From IMG/VR virus record IMGVR_UViG_3300033145_001588, positions 1 through 58,137 of that record: DNA of 58,137 nt. One strand, 5' to 3'. Every line of letters begins with the position of its first letter. Position 1 is the first letter of the stretch. Made by a program: the position numbers and the translations under genes. Source of the DNA: a virus (taxonomy: Duplodnaviria; Caudoviricetes). Of this stretch, positions 57,320 to 58,137 are shown piece after piece. The notes under the pieces were generated by a model, which did not search any database, had not been told where the DNA came from, and saw nothing but the letters and a program-made list of their open reading frames with translations.

Positions 57320-57448
57320 ATGACAGCAGAACAATTATTTCAGATAATAGGCGAGCTATTCACTGAGAACAAATTGCTAAGAGTTGAAATAGCTAAACTC
57401 CAAAAAGAAATAGCAGAATTGAAAAAGAAGGATGTAGAAAATGGCTAA
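57320..57448 (+). CDS. Small coiled-coil protein (42 aa)
   Basis: AAGGAGG RBS; MTAEQLFQIIGELF. Confidence 0.6.
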   Translation: MTAEQLFQIIGELFTENKLLRVEIAKLQKEIAELKKKDVENG

Positions 57449-58137
57449 TATAAAAATAACTGATTTACCAGAACTTGCAACGATCCCAGATGATACTGAT
57501 TTATTGGAAATAGTAGATGACGTTGCAGGAACGCCGACAAGTAAGAAAATAACTGCCGGGAATTTAAGAAAGGGGCTTGCAGCTTCGGGCGCAAACTCTG
57601 ACATAACCTCAATGACGGGGCTTACCCAAATCACACGAGCGACCGGCGGAGCTTTCGACATAGCTATTGGCGGAGCGGCTGGTGATGATTTTACTGTCGA
57701 TACTGATAAGCTGGTGGTCGAAGGGGATACAGGTAACGTCGGCATCGGTACGACGAGTCCGGTACCAGCCTATCGATTAGATGTATATGGTAAAACACGA
57801 ATACATGGGAATCAATTGATAATTGAACCATCACAATCATCTTTAACTAATACACAGGTACAGAGTACGGGCTTTTCGTGGGTTGGAATAGTTTTAGGAT
57901 CCAGTAATGGTACAAATGAATATGGGAGTTTCTCTTTGGGAGGAACCTACCGTTCCTCTGATTCACCGATGGGAAAATTAGGATTTCATTCTTTTAATAC
58001 TGATAATAACTTGGCCGCTACTATTGGGGCATTGATTTGTTCGCTTAGTGATAATTCAACACTTACTGATTATGGAATGCACTTAGCTTTTCACACGAGA
58101 GAAAGTGGTGGGTCTTTAGCGGAAAGGGTAAGAATTT
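57441..58137 (+). CDS. Tail fibre protein, runs off the window edge
   Basis: MANIKITDLP, GANSDITS, GNVGIGTTSP motifs. Confidence 0.75.
   Translation, partial: MANIKITDLPELATIPDDTDLLEIVDDVAGTPTSKKITAGNLRKGLAASGANSDITSMTGLTQITRATGGAFDIAIGGAAGDDFTVDTDKLVVEGDTGNVGIGTTSPVPAYRLDVYGKTRIHGNQLIIEPSQSSLTNTQVQSTGFSWVGIVLGSSNGTNEYGSFSLGGTYRSSDSPMGKLGFHSFNTDNNLAATIGALICSLSDNSTLTDYGMHLAFHTRESGGSLAERVRI

Noticed and set aside
1-58137. Integrase, repressor, att sites or lysis cassette
   Set aside because: None recognised; the genome continues beyond both edges, so lifestyle cannot be determined

Overview
The window is most of a tailed dsDNA phage genome with a siphovirus-like tail, organised as two divergent arms meeting at an AT-rich region near 29.3-29.45 kb. 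The left arm (minus strand, 1-29.3 kb) holds early, replication and recombination genes: SNF2 helicase, sigma-like factor, primase, replication initiator with iteron-like repeats, DnaC, DnaB-like helicase, beta-clamp, clamp loader, a split UDG/exonuclease plus PolA polymerase, SSB, RecA, RuvC and a split SbcCD. It also holds a DNA methyltransferase and a full 7-deazaguanine DNA-modification cluster (queD, queE, queC, folE, queF, dpdA-like, candidate dpdM). The right arm (plus strand) is the virion module, with a glycosylation cassette inserted behind the major capsid gene. The most striking non-coding signal is a 4-unit, 36-nt dual-repeat array at 1622-1765 (AGCCA-N9-AGAAACCCA-N9-AGCG) that has the architecture of a TIGR guide-RNA array, with no Tas gene recognisable in the window. 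Other signals are a 163-nt tRNA-like RNA with an expanded core, a ~120-bp element in three dispersed copies, six copies of a phage-specific promoter, a Csx20-like first early gene, and a MuF-metalloprotease with a candidate immunity gene. All protein assignments come from motif recognition by eye, with no database searches.
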